Source of the DNA: Escherichia phage BF17
DNA length: 64,000 bases
Sequence record: MW822008.1
Strand: one strand, 5' to 3'
A program made the translations under genes and the position numbers. The notes below the pieces were generated by a model. It made no database searches, was not told the DNA's origin, and worked only from the letters and a program-made list of their open reading frames with translations. Shown here piece after piece: positions 27,730-42,932 of this stretch. Every line of letters starts with the position of its first letter. The stretch's first letter is position 1.

Positions 27730-28447
27730 AAAAAGGTTTATTCCTTTCTGGATGGTCCCCGCTCATTGGGGACTTTCTGGTAAAGCGAAAGAGATTGCGA
27801 AAGCATACTACTATAACGATGATTATGAAGCTGATATGTTAGTTGCAGAACTTACATATCTAACACCATATGAAGTTGATGTAGCACAGTTGGATATCAA
27901 AAAGAAATACAATGTATTAGAAACTCTTGATTATCTAATAGCACAGGCAGATGTACAATTGAAGTATTCCAAGATTACCCGTGATGAGTATAATGTAAAA
28001 TTACTTGATGCTAAATTAAGTACTGGTGCAATTACTCAAAAAGAGTATGATATGGAAGTAATCGAACTAATGCCTGATGGTGATGACAAACGTCTTAAAG
28101 CTATCGAGTTTGCATATCGTTATGAAGAGATTACACAACAAGAGTATTCAAAGGAAATCTTTACTTTACGTAAAGAACCTTGGATTGATTTGGATGTAGT
28201 ACTTAATCCAGAAACAAATGAAGTTGAATTTGTTTTTGATTATAATGAATACTTTTGGAAAAAGTTAAAAGCGGAAGGTCATCCAGGTAATGACGAAGAA
28301 GAAATTATTGACAACTTCGTTAGAGACATGGGGCGTAAACTAGCTACGGATGATTTCAGTGATGATTATGACGTAAAGCTAGTGAATGCGAACGAAGGGT
28401 TAGAGAATCTACCTGGTTTACCTGAAGGGTTCCGTTCATACAAATAA
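27722..28447 (+). CDS. Hypothetical protein
   Basis: ATG at 27722 overlapping the GroES-like stop; acidic; no recognisable motif. Confidence 0.45.
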   Translation: MAKKRFIPFWMVPAHWGLSGKAKEIAKAYYYNDDYEADMLVAELTYLTPYEVDVAQLDIKKKYNVLETLDYLIAQADVQLKYSKITRDEYNVKLLDAKLSTGAITQKEYDMEVIELMPDGDDKRLKAIEFAYRYEEITQQEYSKEIFTLRKEPWIDLDVVLNPETNEVEFVFDYNEYFWKKLKAEGHPGNDEEEIIDNFVRDMGRKLATDDFSDDYDVKLVNANEGLENLPGLPEGFRSYK

Positions 28448-28480
28448 AAAAAGGAGAGCAAAAGCTCTCCTTTTCTTTTA
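28445..28480. terminator. Bidirectional hairpin terminator between convergent genes
   Basis: aaaaaaaGGAGAGCaaaaGCTCTCCttttctttt (A-run upstream, T-run downstream). Confidence 0.65.
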
Positions 28481-28491
28481 TCTTTAATTTA

Positions 28492-29181
28492 TTAAACCAT
28501 CGCTGGGATGAATTTGAATAGTTTGATACCGAAGTCACCAGCAGCATCAGCAGCTTGGGAACGTAGAACAACTTCAGTAACACCATCTTTAGCGAGTAGT
28601 GGAACTGCGGTTAGGTCATCAATTAGTAGACGGCCTTCTTCGATCTCAGTACTTGGAACGCCTTGGAAAGATTGAATATCTTTATCAAATACGTTAGCAC
28701 GTTCAACGAGGAAAGTAACTACTGAAGCACTAGCGATATCAACAGACCCAACACTTAGGATACCGTCAGCAGCGTTGGTAAAACCAGTAACTGCAAATGG
28801 CTCAACGTCGTTGCCAGCGATTTCGGAAGTAGCGATGATAACTGCACGTTGTTGAACAACATCAACGATACGTTTAACGTTAGTTTGTGCAGCGTAAGCA
28901 GCGTTATAATCAGCTTCTAGAGTTGCTGCTTCAAATGGAGTACCATCGATACGGATGATACCTTTTTCGTTTAGATATGCAACGATTTCATCAGCTACGT
29001 CAGTGTTTAGGAAACGTTGTAGACCAGCGAAAGAACCAACTGCACCAGTAACACGCACGTTAACATTACCAATTTTACTAATTGCGATAGATGCTAGGGC
29101 GTTTTTGCCACAGAAGTAACCTAGAATTTTATCAAAGGAATAACCATTGATACGTTCAAAAGAAGTATTAGTATTAGACAT
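28492..29181 (-). CDS. Paralog A of a codon-biased, likely highly expressed protein pair (possible virion protein)
   Basis: 229 aa; shares 'QQRAVIIATSE' and 'FLVERANVFDKD' with the neighbour ('QQRAVLVTTS', 'FICERQDVFDKQ'); Ala/Val/Thr/Gly-rich. Confidence 0.55.
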   Translation of the reverse strand: MSNTNTSFERINGYSFDKILGYFCGKNALASIAISKIGNVNVRVTGAVGSFAGLQRFLNTDVADEIVAYLNEKGIIRIDGTPFEAATLEADYNAAYAAQTNVKRIVDVVQQRAVIIATSEIAGNDVEPFAVTGFTNAADGILSVGSVDIASASVVTFLVERANVFDKDIQSFQGVPSTEIEEGRLLIDDLTAVPLLAKDGVTEVVLRSQAADAAGDFGIKLFKFIPAMV

Positions 29182-29196
29182 ATTGTAGTCCCCCTA

Positions 29197-29796
29197 TTAT
29201 AGTTGTACTGGTAGAGCAGCACGAACTTTAATTGCAACAGCGTCAGCGGCAGCAGCATCACCAACACCATCAGTACCTAGAGCAACATAAGATTTGGTAC
29301 GGAAGAATTTAGCTTGTGCAATAGCTTTAGCTAGTTCAACAGTTGGATCAACTGGAACAGAGTAAGCAGCACCTGGGCGAACTTCTTGTTTGTCAAATAC
29401 GTCTTGACGTTCACAGATGAAGGTTAGAGCAACAGAACCAGCACCACCTGTAACATCAGCACCACTAGTACCAAACGCGATTACGTTACCACCAACGGTT
29501 TTAAAGTCAGCAGGGATAACAACAGCGGTGTCTAGAGCTAGTACGGAAGTAGTAACTAGTACTGCACGTTGTTGTAGTAGTTGGGTAATCATGAATTGGT
29601 TGTATTGAGCATTGCTGATTGCAGTTTGTAGTGCTTCATCTTGAATTTCGGAACCGTCAGAAGTAACAGCGGTAGTACCAACTTCAACATCTGCTGGTAG
29701 ATCAACAACGATGGTTACGAAACCATTGTTACCACCCCAGTATTCACGAGCAGTAGCAGACATACCATAGTTACGGTTAAAAGAATTAAGACTCAT
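29197..29796 (-). CDS. Paralog B of the same pair
   Basis: 199 aa; see paralog A; preceded by GGAG RBS on the minus strand. Confidence 0.55.
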   Translation of the reverse strand: MSLNSFNRNYGMSATAREYWGGNNGFVTIVVDLPADVEVGTTAVTSDGSEIQDEALQTAISNAQYNQFMITQLLQQRAVLVTTSVLALDTAVVIPADFKTVGGNVIAFGTSGADVTGGAGSVALTFICERQDVFDKQEVRPGAAYSVPVDPTVELAKAIAQAKFFRTKSYVALGTDGVGDAAAADAVAIKVRAALPVQL

Positions 29797-29929
29797 AAAA
29801 ATCTCCTTGTCAAATTTTGTGCAGGAACACCCTGCTTAATATTATTTATCAAAAAATATAAACCACATTTAAATTTAAGGCAATATTCCCTGATCTCTAT
29901 GATATTATTTATCAAATCTGGGAAAGTGA

Positions 29930-35164
<5,235 letters not shown>

Positions 35165-35165
35165 G

Positions 35166-35250
35166 TGATATAATGATGTTTGTCAGGGCAATGAGCCTTG
35201 ACAAACAGAGTAAAAAAACCTTGGGACGGTTAAAAATCCCATGATATAAT
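35166..35250 (+). promoter_or_regulatory. gp32 upstream control region: two TGATATAAT -10 motifs flanking a 9 bp hairpin
   Basis: TGATATAAT at 35166-35174 and 35242-35250; hairpin TGTTTGTCA-(12 nt)-TGACAAACA at 35178-35207. Confidence 0.4.
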
Positions 35251-35336
35251 GTAAATTGTTGATGAGTCAATGAAGACAAATCAACGTTAATAGCCCGTTA
35301 AACTTAACAAACAAACTAATGACAAGGAAGCCCAAT

Positions 35337-36386
35337 ATGCAAACTCTAGCTGAAATTCGTGCAAAACTAAAAGCTGAACAAGAAAAAGCAGAAGCACAGA
35401 AGAATGGTACATTTACAGGTGAACGTAAAGCCGATTCTTTCCTAGCTTTCTGGAATGTCCCTTACAATGAACCACTAAACCTACGTTTTCTACCAGATGC
35501 TGATGAGTCTAACCCATTCTTCTGGCGTGAACGTGATATGATCAACCTAACGTTCCAAGGTATTGTTGGTATGCACACCGATAAAGTTACCGTTCAAGTA
35601 CCATGTAACGAAATGTGGGTTCCTAAATCATGTCCAATTCTTAAAGAAGTACGTCAATGGTTCCAAAGTGCGAATGAAACTGGAAATGAAGAACTGAAAG
35701 CAATGGCTGGTCGTTACTGGAAAAAGAAAACCTATCTAATGCAATGTTTCGTTGCTCCTGATAGCGTAGCAGTAAAAGACGATATTGCTCCAGAAAACCC
35801 AATCCGTCGTATCCTAGCTAACAAAGATATCTTTGATAAAGTTAAATCTATCCTGCTAAACCCAGGCATCAAAGAACTACCAACTCACTACATTCACGGT
35901 CGTGACTTTGGTATTGTTAAAACTAAGAATGGTGGTGGTTACAATAGCTATGACATGTCTCAATTCTCCATGTCCGAGCGTCCACTCAATGAAGAAGAAC
36001 TGGCAGCGATTGAAAAGTTTGGTCTATATAATCTAAATGATTTTATGCCAAAACAACCAACTCCAGAAGAACTAAAAGCTATCGAAGAAATGTTCGAAGC
36101 ATCTGTTGATGGTAAACCTTATGACCCTGCACGTTGGGCTTTCGCTTACCGTCCAGCAGGTGTACAAAAACCAACAACTGGTACTATTAGTGAAAACAAA
36201 CCTGCTCCACAAGCTCCAGTACAACAACCTGCTCCTGCACAAACTCCTGCACCGCAAGCACCAGTAGCTACTCCTACTCCTGCTGCTGAACCAGTAGCTG
36301 CTGCACCAGCACCAGTAGCTGAAGCTCCAAAAGAACAACTTTCTGCATCTGCACTAGTTGCTCGTTTGAAACAACAAGGTAAGTAA
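35337..36386 (+). CDS. 32: Single-stranded DNA-binding protein (T4 gp32 family)
   Basis: AAGGAAG then ATG at 35337; 'LNLRFLPDADESNPFF', Cys/His zinc site 'VPCNEMWVPKSCP', 'QCFVAPDSVAVKDDIAPENP' (T4 'VVKDPAAPENEG'); Pro/Ala/Gln-rich C-terminal tail. Confidence 0.85.
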   Translation: MQTLAEIRAKLKAEQEKAEAQKNGTFTGERKADSFLAFWNVPYNEPLNLRFLPDADESNPFFWRERDMINLTFQGIVGMHTDKVTVQVPCNEMWVPKSCPILKEVRQWFQSANETGNEELKAMAGRYWKKKTYLMQCFVAPDSVAVKDDIAPENPIRRILANKDIFDKVKSILLNPGIKELPTHYIHGRDFGIVKTKNGGGYNSYDMSQFSMSERPLNEEELAAIEKFGLYNLNDFMPKQPTPEELKAIEEMFEASVDGKPYDPARWAFAYRPAGVQKPTTGTISENKPAPQAPVQQPAPAQTPAPQAPVATPTPAAEPVAAAPAPVAEAPKEQLSASALVARLKQQGK

Positions 36387-36404
36387 TAGTATTTGAAAAG
36401 TTAA

Positions 36405-36434
36405 GGGGCAACGGAGTTTGCCCCGTTTTATTTC
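36405..36434 (+). terminator. Intrinsic terminator after gp32
   Basis: GGGGCAAcggagtTTGCCCCgttttatttc. Confidence 0.6.
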
Positions 36435-36455
36435 ATAAAATTCAAGGAGCGAATT

Positions 36456-37574
36456 ATGAAAATGACAAGTGGTTTTGCAAACATTCTAAAAAATAGTACT
36501 GGTAGCGTTAAAAAGAATACTGGTGTTAGCGTAGGCTTTCATGATCCTGATACATGGATTAGTACTGGTAACTTTGCTTTGAACTATCGTATTAGTGGTT
36601 ATTTTGACCGTGGTATTCCACTGGGTAAAGTAACAATGTTTGCTGGTGAATCTGGTTCTGGTAAATCATTTATCGTTTCTGGAAACATCGCCCGTGAAGC
36701 ACAACAACAAGGTATCTTTGTTGTTATGATTGATTCCGAGAACGCATTGGATTCAGATTGGCTACAAGCACTAGGTGTAGACACTTCAGAAGAAAAACTA
36801 CTAAAAGTAAACATGGGTATGATTGGTGATGTTGCTAAATTTACCTATGAGTTCATCGAAGGGTATCGTAAAGAATACGAAAATACTCCTAAAGAAGAAC
36901 GTCAAAAAGTATTATTCATTATCGACTCAATTGGTATGTTGAATACTGAAGTTGCTAATGACCAGATGAAAGCTGGTAACTTGAAAGGTGATATGGGTCA
37001 CAAACCTAAACAGCTTAAAGCTTACATCACCAACTGCGTAAACTCGATTGGTTCACTTAACATTGGTATGGTTTGTGTAAACCATAGTTATGAATCCCAA
37101 GATATGTTCAACCCTGATCCAAAAGTATCTGGTGGTAGTGGTTTGATTTATGCATCTTCTATGGTTATCGCAATGGGTAAACTAAAACTTAAAGAAGATG
37201 AAGAAGGCAACAAGACTTCAGATGTAAGTGGTATTCGTTCTAAATGTAAAGTCATGAAGACTCGTTACAACAAACCATTTGAAGATGTTGAGATTAAAAT
37301 TCCTTGGGATAAAGGTATGGACCCACGCAGTGGTCTACTAGATATGTTCGAGAAATATGAACTTATCGTTAAATCTGGTAACCGTCTAATGTACGTTGAT
37401 ATTGACACTGGTGAACAGATTCTAAAATATCGTAAAGAATGGATGCGTAATGAAGATTCTTGCCTTGATTTAGTTATGAATCAATTCAAACGTCACCCTT
37501 TGATTGAAGAAGTCAAAGAAGAAGAAAAAGGTGATGAATCATTTGGTACTGATATTGGAAGTAGTGAGGAATAA
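36456..37574 (+). CDS. uvsX: UvsX recombinase (RecA-like)
   Basis: Walker A 'GESGSGKS'; 'IDSIG' Walker B region; 'KIPWDKGMDPRSGLLDMFEKYELI' parallels T4 UvsX 'KFDGGIDPYSGLLDMALELGFV'. Confidence 0.85.
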   Translation: MKMTSGFANILKNSTGSVKKNTGVSVGFHDPDTWISTGNFALNYRISGYFDRGIPLGKVTMFAGESGSGKSFIVSGNIAREAQQQGIFVVMIDSENALDSDWLQALGVDTSEEKLLKVNMGMIGDVAKFTYEFIEGYRKEYENTPKEERQKVLFIIDSIGMLNTEVANDQMKAGNLKGDMGHKPKQLKAYITNCVNSIGSLNIGMVCVNHSYESQDMFNPDPKVSGGSGLIYASSMVIAMGKLKLKEDEEGNKTSDVSGIRSKCKVMKTRYNKPFEDVEIKIPWDKGMDPRSGLLDMFEKYELIVKSGNRLMYVDIDTGEQILKYRKEWMRNEDSCLDLVMNQFKRHPLIEEVKEEEKGDESFGTDIGSSEE

Positions 37575-38035
37575 TGAAACCTTGGCATTGGATCATCAAA
37601 GATGATAAATCTAAAATAATCGACATGATTGAACACTTCGAAAAAGAAACTGAAGAAGCTCGTCGTGAAGTTAAAAAGATTGGCATCATTGAAAAGATTG
37701 CTCAGGAGATTCCAGGCTGGCATGAGACTCGTCTCAGTCAGCTTCAAGAACTAGAAGCGGTACTTGAAATGCTAGAAATTGAAATGCGTCAACTACAAGC
37801 TGAAAAGTTTAAATATTTCCTTGAAGCATATCGTCGAGCACTATCATCTTCTGACTGTAAAAAGTATGTTGAAGGTGATAAAGAAGTTTGTGAATTATCC
37901 GAACTAATAAATGAAGTATCATATATCCGTAATACGTTTTCCAGTATTGTTAAATCCTTAGAGATGAAAGCTTTTCAGTTAAACAATATTGTGAGACTAC
38001 GTGCTGCTGGTATTGAAGATGCACGTTTAGAATAA
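37574..38035 (+). CDS. Hypothetical coiled-coil protein (153 aa)
   Basis: Start overlaps the uvsX stop; Glu/Lys-rich helical sequence. Occupies the position where a UvsY-like mediator could sit, but no motif was recognised. Confidence 0.4.
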   Translation: MKPWHWIIKDDKSKIIDMIEHFEKETEEARREVKKIGIIEKIAQEIPGWHETRLSQLQELEAVLEMLEIEMRQLQAEKFKYFLEAYRRALSSSDCKKYVEGDKEVCELSELINEVSYIRNTFSSIVKSLEMKAFQLNNIVRLRAAGIEDARLE

Positions 38036-38044
38036 CTATCCATA

Positions 38045-38069
38045 AGGACGCATTACGCGTCCTTTTTCT
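38045..38069 (+). terminator. Intrinsic terminator
   Basis: AGGACGCattacGCGTCCTttttct. Confidence 0.6.
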
Positions 38070-38082
38070 ATGCGAGAATAAA

Positions 38083-38901
38083 ATGACAAAATTAGATGAG
38101 TTCCTATCAAACGTATCAGTACTAGACACCGAAACAACTGGTGTCGAAAGTGAAGATGATATTATTGAATTTAGTATTTCATATCCTCACGATGCACATG
38201 AGAATATTGATACTATTGATAACTACACTTTGCGTTATAAACCACTAAAAGATATACCACCAGAAGCAAGTGCTGTGCATTTTATCAGTACTGAAGATGT
38301 AGCAAACTGCATTGGTTATAAAGATGACTTAGAAAACATTGACGCACTAATGGGGTGTCGTAATTATTTTATTGGACACAACGTTCAATTTGACCGCCGA
38401 ATGATGGTAGATAACGAATATAAATATCGTAACTCAGTTTCGCAGTACTTGCTCGATGAAGATAAATGGATTTGTACCCTTCGTTTAGCTAAGAAGATGT
38501 TTGCAGAAGACACTGAATTCAAAAACTTAACTCTAAGTTATTTGTGGTATAAATTTGGTTGCTATCGTGATGTACATCGTGCAGTCAATGCTCACGCAGC
38601 AAAAGATGACGTGTTTATGTGTTATCAAGTTCTAATCAAATTGTTTGAAGTTGCGATTGAACGTGGACATATTGACCCTAATGGTGACATTGGTGAACAA
38701 ATCGTAACATTCTGTAATACACCAATGCGTTATAAATTCATGCCATTTGGTAAACACAAAGGTGAACCAATGGAAACTGTTCCATTGAACTATATTGAAT
38801 GGATGATTACTAACAGTGATATCCTTGATGCAAGTAACCCAAACTGTGATAAAGATTTAGTATATACATTTGAGTACGAATATAATACTCGAACTAATTA
38901 A
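38083..38901 (+). CDS. DEDDh 3'-5' exonuclease (DnaQ-like; DexA-like) with a C-terminal extension
   Basis: Exo I 'VLDTETTG', Exo II 'GHNVQFDRRMM', Exo III 'HRAVNAHAAKDD'; extra C-terminal segment 'FGKHKGEPMETVPLNYIEWM'. Confidence 0.7.
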   Translation: MTKLDEFLSNVSVLDTETTGVESEDDIIEFSISYPHDAHENIDTIDNYTLRYKPLKDIPPEASAVHFISTEDVANCIGYKDDLENIDALMGCRNYFIGHNVQFDRRMMVDNEYKYRNSVSQYLLDEDKWICTLRLAKKMFAEDTEFKNLTLSYLWYKFGCYRDVHRAVNAHAAKDDVFMCYQVLIKLFEVAIERGHIDPNGDIGEQIVTFCNTPMRYKFMPFGKHKGEPMETVPLNYIEWMITNSDILDASNPNCDKDLVYTFEYEYNTRTN

Positions 38902-38916
38902 TAAAGGTATTCATGG

Positions 38917-40401
38917 ATGAAAACTTGTAAGCTAACCTTACTGGACGAGGTTAATTGTAAATTTGAGGGACTAGATCCCTCAATTCGTCAGAAGATGATT
39001 CGTGCAACAGAATATGTACTTCCATACGCTAAGTTCACCCCTGCTGGTCGTATTGGTCGTTGGGATGGTAAGGTACAGTTTATGAACTTAGGTGGCAGTA
39101 CTTACTACCACATGTTGGATAAGTTGTTGCCAATCTTAGATGAAGCAAAAATTGATATTGAACTTGAAGATCATCGTGTCAATTATGGATTCAAATTTGA
39201 ACCAATTGATGAAGATATTTTTAGTGATGTTGTGTTTGGTGCTGGACACCACATGGAAGGTAAGTCAATCAAGCTCAGAGAGCATCAGGTGAACGCAGTT
39301 AATGCTTGCCTTGCAAACCCACATGGTTTATTATTAGCAGCTACAGGGGCTGGTAAAACGCTCATCACAGCGGCATTATCCAAGAAGGTACAAGAGTATG
39401 GACGTTCTGTGATTATCGTACCTAGTACTGATTTGGTGCAGCAAACATATGATGACTATGTTATGTGTGGTCTTGACACTGGAGTGTTCTATGGTGCACA
39501 GAAAGACTTTGGTCACCAACACACAATAACTACCTGGCAGTCATTCAACTCTTTGTGGAAGAAAACAAAGAAAGGTGAAATTGAACTGACTGAACAAGAC
39601 GTTCATGACTTTATTGATGGTGTGGTTTGTGTGATTGTCGATGAGTGTCAAGGTGCTGGTGGTGATGCATTAGTTCAAGTACTCTCTAAAGTTATGAATA
39701 ACGTCCCACTTCGCTGGGGATTAACTGGTACAATCCCTAAAGACCAAGTTGTCGCTGCGAAGATTAAATGTAACGTTGGTGATGTGATATTTAAAATCAC
39801 AGCTAAAGAATTACAAGATAAAAAAATACTAAGCACATGTAATGTGAACTGTATTAAACTTAAAAGTAATTTAAAGTTCGCGTCATATGCAGAAGAATTG
39901 AAGTACTTAGTTACTGACCGTGATAGAATGGCATATGTAGCATCACTGATAGGTGCGTTGGCAGAATCTGGAAACACTTTAGTACTGGTTGATAGACTTG
40001 AAGCTGGTGAATTGCTTTGTGAATTTTTGGGTATTCCTAAGTCAGAATTTGTTCGTGGGGAAACCAAAAAGAAAGACCGTGAATCTTCATATGGTGAAAT
40101 TCGCTGGGCTGATAACAAAATACTCATTGCAACCTATGGGGTAGCAAGTACTGGTATCAGTATTTCTCGTTTGTATAATGTCGTTCTAATCGAACCAGGA
40201 AAAAGCTTCGTTCGTACAATACAGTCCATTGGTCGTGGGTTGCGTCGTGCAGAAGACAAAGACCACGTGGAAATCTTTGATATCAGTGGTACAAACAAAT
40301 ATAGTGCAAAACACTTACGTGAACGTTTACAATACTATAAGGAAGCACAATATCCTCATAGTATCATAGATGTTAAGGATTGGGAAAATACAGCGGGATA
40401 A
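38917..40401 (+). CDS. uvsW: SF2 DNA helicase, UvsW-like
   Basis: Walker A 'ATGAGKT', 'VIVDECQ' DEAD-like box, 'TGT' motif III, C-terminal 'QSIGRGLRR'; N-terminal 'RWDGKVQFMN' resembles T4 UvsW 'NWDGRIRLL'. Confidence 0.75.
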   Translation: MKTCKLTLLDEVNCKFEGLDPSIRQKMIRATEYVLPYAKFTPAGRIGRWDGKVQFMNLGGSTYYHMLDKLLPILDEAKIDIELEDHRVNYGFKFEPIDEDIFSDVVFGAGHHMEGKSIKLREHQVNAVNACLANPHGLLLAATGAGKTLITAALSKKVQEYGRSVIIVPSTDLVQQTYDDYVMCGLDTGVFYGAQKDFGHQHTITTWQSFNSLWKKTKKGEIELTEQDVHDFIDGVVCVIVDECQGAGGDALVQVLSKVMNNVPLRWGLTGTIPKDQVVAAKIKCNVGDVIFKITAKELQDKKILSTCNVNCIKLKSNLKFASYAEELKYLVTDRDRMAYVASLIGALAESGNTLVLVDRLEAGELLCEFLGIPKSEFVRGETKKKDRESSYGEIRWADNKILIATYGVASTGISISRLYNVVLIEPGKSFVRTIQSIGRGLRRAEDKDHVEIFDISGTNKYSAKHLRERLQYYKEAQYPHSIIDVKDWENTAG

Positions 40402-40457
40402 TCCCGCTGTACATGATATAATGTGTCGTATGACAACAACAAGGAAGTAAAATAAAA

Positions 40458-40886
40458 ATGGAATTAAGATCTAGTATTGCTTTTATCTGTGACCAAGAAA
40501 CGTTAGATGTAATTGATGTATTGTTGAATGATGATGGTATTATGGATGACATGGTATCTTCACTTGACTATATACCTGAACTAGAAACTGACGATACTAA
40601 TGTTTGGAGATGTAATATTGACACTAATTCATGGATTAATATCTATGAATTGCAAACCAGAATTGACTCGAAAGTTGAATCATTAAAATATGATATCATC
40701 TATGCAAGTACTGATACTACAACGTTTATTGATGTTGTTAGTCTTAGTGGTAATTTTGATTCTTACTTAGATACCGATGTTGATAAGATTCAAGAAATGT
40801 GTGAAACGTATGGTCTTGAATTCTATGGTACATCCGATGAAGATGAAGAAGATTACTACGATGAAGATGAAGATTCCCAGTACTAA
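40458..40886 (+). CDS. Hypothetical acidic protein
   Basis: 142 aa, Asp/Glu-rich C-terminus (DEDEEDYYDEDEDSQY). Confidence 0.4.
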   Translation: MELRSSIAFICDQETLDVIDVLLNDDGIMDDMVSSLDYIPELETDDTNVWRCNIDTNSWINIYELQTRIDSKVESLKYDIIYASTDTTTFIDVVSLSGNFDSYLDTDVDKIQEMCETYGLEFYGTSDEDEEDYYDEDEDSQY

Positions 40887-40895
40887 GGAGATGAG

Positions 40896-41393
40896 ATGAA
40901 CGTATTAACCCCAGAAAATAATTCATTTGATATGGATTTAGTAACTGAACACATTCCATCAGAAATGTATTGTGTTTTAGATTTGAGTCCAAACGGTGAC
41001 TCTGACTTTTATTTTCGCCACATTTTGAACACTGTATCATTTAATAGTATCAGTGCTGATTTGCAGATTGGTGAAAAGATTATCCAAGTGCCATTGGGTT
41101 GGCAAATCATGTTGGGTGATGAAGAGACAGGTATGGTTGAGATGTGTACCATTGAAAACATTCTTAATATGAAAGAACCTAAAGCTTTTGTTTACAATCC
41201 AATCCGTTCGATGTATCCTAAGTTCGAACCTGTAAAAGTACTGCGTGTATTCGCACTCACTACTAAGTGGCAGATCCCTATGCTGCCTAAGAAGAACTTA
41301 CTATGTGTTCCTCTGCACAGTGGTGATAATCCACCTTGTGTTTACTTTGCAGATGAGAACGAGAAAATTCAAGATTTGTATCTAGGAGTGTAA
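40896..41393 (+). CDS. Hypothetical protein
   Basis: 165 aa ORF with GGAG RBS; no recognisable motif. Confidence 0.4.
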   Translation: MNVLTPENNSFDMDLVTEHIPSEMYCVLDLSPNGDSDFYFRHILNTVSFNSISADLQIGEKIIQVPLGWQIMLGDEETGMVEMCTIENILNMKEPKAFVYNPIRSMYPKFEPVKVLRVFALTTKWQIPMLPKKNLLCVPLHSGDNPPCVYFADENEKIQDLYLGV

Positions 41394-41395
41394 TA

Positions 41396-42241
41396 GTGTT
41401 AGATTTCAGTAATATTAAAGCTAAGTCAGTAGACGAAAACGATAAACCAACCCAGCATACATTTTCTATTGCTGAATTTCTAAAACATATTGACCGTGCA
41501 GATTACAAATACTATAATGACATGACCGAAGATGAGCGTAAGGAATTTACGCCTTATACAGTACTTCGTTGGGTAAGTTCACTTGATGACTCACTTCAAG
41601 TAACTTTCCCTAGTAGTAAAGTGGAAAACGTATTTGGTAAGTGGAAAGCTGGTGGCAAAGAAGCACTCACTGAACTTGTCAAAGAACTCAATAGTACTGG
41701 TGTTAATGTAACATCAGTTACTAAGTACTGTCACAGTGACTATGATTGGCGTATCAAGTTTGCCGTACAAAGCAATGATGATGCTAACAAGTTGATTGCA
41801 GCAATGACTGAATTTAGTATTGCTGGTGGACAGATCATCTCATTGGTTGACAGTGACGTTGTACGTTATCAGTTGATTATGTTGAATGATATGGTTAATG
41901 ATGGGTTCTGGGATATGAAAGAACACCCTGAACTTGTATATCAACTACTATGTTCTGTTCATGATATGTTGGGTGGTAAGGAATTGCCACGAAACTGGTT
42001 AAACTTTTCCAAGAGTTTTAAGCGTGCTAATAATGAATTATTTGAACTCATTAAAAGTACACAGCCAGATTCAATCGCAACTCAAATGAACGAAGATGAA
42101 TATAAAATTGTTTTGTTGCAATATAACAAAAAAACATTCGAGTCTTTCCTTGAAGACATAGGTTTACAAGAGAAAGAAATGAAATCAATGATGAAATTAT
42201 TTAAAGAAGAATGTAAGAAATATGGCAAAGAAATCAAGTAG
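41396..42241 (+). CDS. Hypothetical protein
   Basis: Probable GTG start after GGAG; 281 aa; no recognisable motif. Confidence 0.4.
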   Translation: MLDFSNIKAKSVDENDKPTQHTFSIAEFLKHIDRADYKYYNDMTEDERKEFTPYTVLRWVSSLDDSLQVTFPSSKVENVFGKWKAGGKEALTELVKELNSTGVNVTSVTKYCHSDYDWRIKFAVQSNDDANKLIAAMTEFSIAGGQIISLVDSDVVRYQLIMLNDMVNDGFWDMKEHPELVYQLLCSVHDMLGGKELPRNWLNFSKSFKRANNELFELIKSTQPDSIATQMNEDEYKIVLLQYNKKTFESFLEDIGLQEKEMKSMMKLFKEECKKYGKEIK

Positions 42242-42932
42242 TCCCGTATACAAATGTAAGTTCTGTGATAAAGAATTTAAACGCGAAGACACAGTTAACA
42301 CACATAAGTGTGTTAAACGTGACCGCTACGAAGATCGTGATAGCCGCCCCATGAGGGAGGCTTTTCGCATTTATATGCAATTCATGGAGTTAAACCATTT
42401 CCCTTTCAAGAAGGGTGTTGAACCATTAATGGCTTTTATAAAATCAAAGTACTTTAGTGATTTTTATGATTTTGCAATTTATTATTTGAACAACCGTGAT
42501 ATTTTAGATATTGATGGTTTTGTGAAAAGTCTAATTGTAAGAAACCGTCCTATTATGGAATGGAGTACTTATAAAGCAAAGGATGAATGGATATTAGATT
42601 GTATTCGTTCTGAATCTCCCAATGCTGCGGTTTCCCGTAGTGTTGTTGCGATGGTGGAATGGGGTCAGAATCTGAACTTGGAGTGGAATAAGTTTTTTTC
42701 CAATGTGAGTTCTGCCCGTGCAATTGCATGGATTGAGAGTGGTAAGATTTCACCTTGGATTATCTGGTTAGCACCAAAAGAAAGTACTAATAAGTTTTTC
42801 AAGAATCTCTCTAACTCTGAAATCGAGTATATACTTAAATACATTGATCCTAGTTACTTTGAGGTTAAAACTATAAAGTACAAAAAGGAATGTGATGAAA
42901 TAAAAAGTATGCTACGTGAGGCTGGATTATGA
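42222..42932 (+). CDS. Hypothetical protein with an N-terminal C2HC-type zinc-finger-like motif
   Basis: 'YKCKFCDKEFKREDTVNTHKC'; Trp-rich C-terminal half. Confidence 0.4.
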   Translation: MAKKSSSPVYKCKFCDKEFKREDTVNTHKCVKRDRYEDRDSRPMREAFRIYMQFMELNHFPFKKGVEPLMAFIKSKYFSDFYDFAIYYLNNRDILDIDGFVKSLIVRNRPIMEWSTYKAKDEWILDCIRSESPNAAVSRSVVAMVEWGQNLNLEWNKFFSNVSSARAIAWIESGKISPWIIWLAPKESTNKFFKNLSNSEIEYILKYIDPSYFEVKTIKYKKECDEIKSMLREAGL

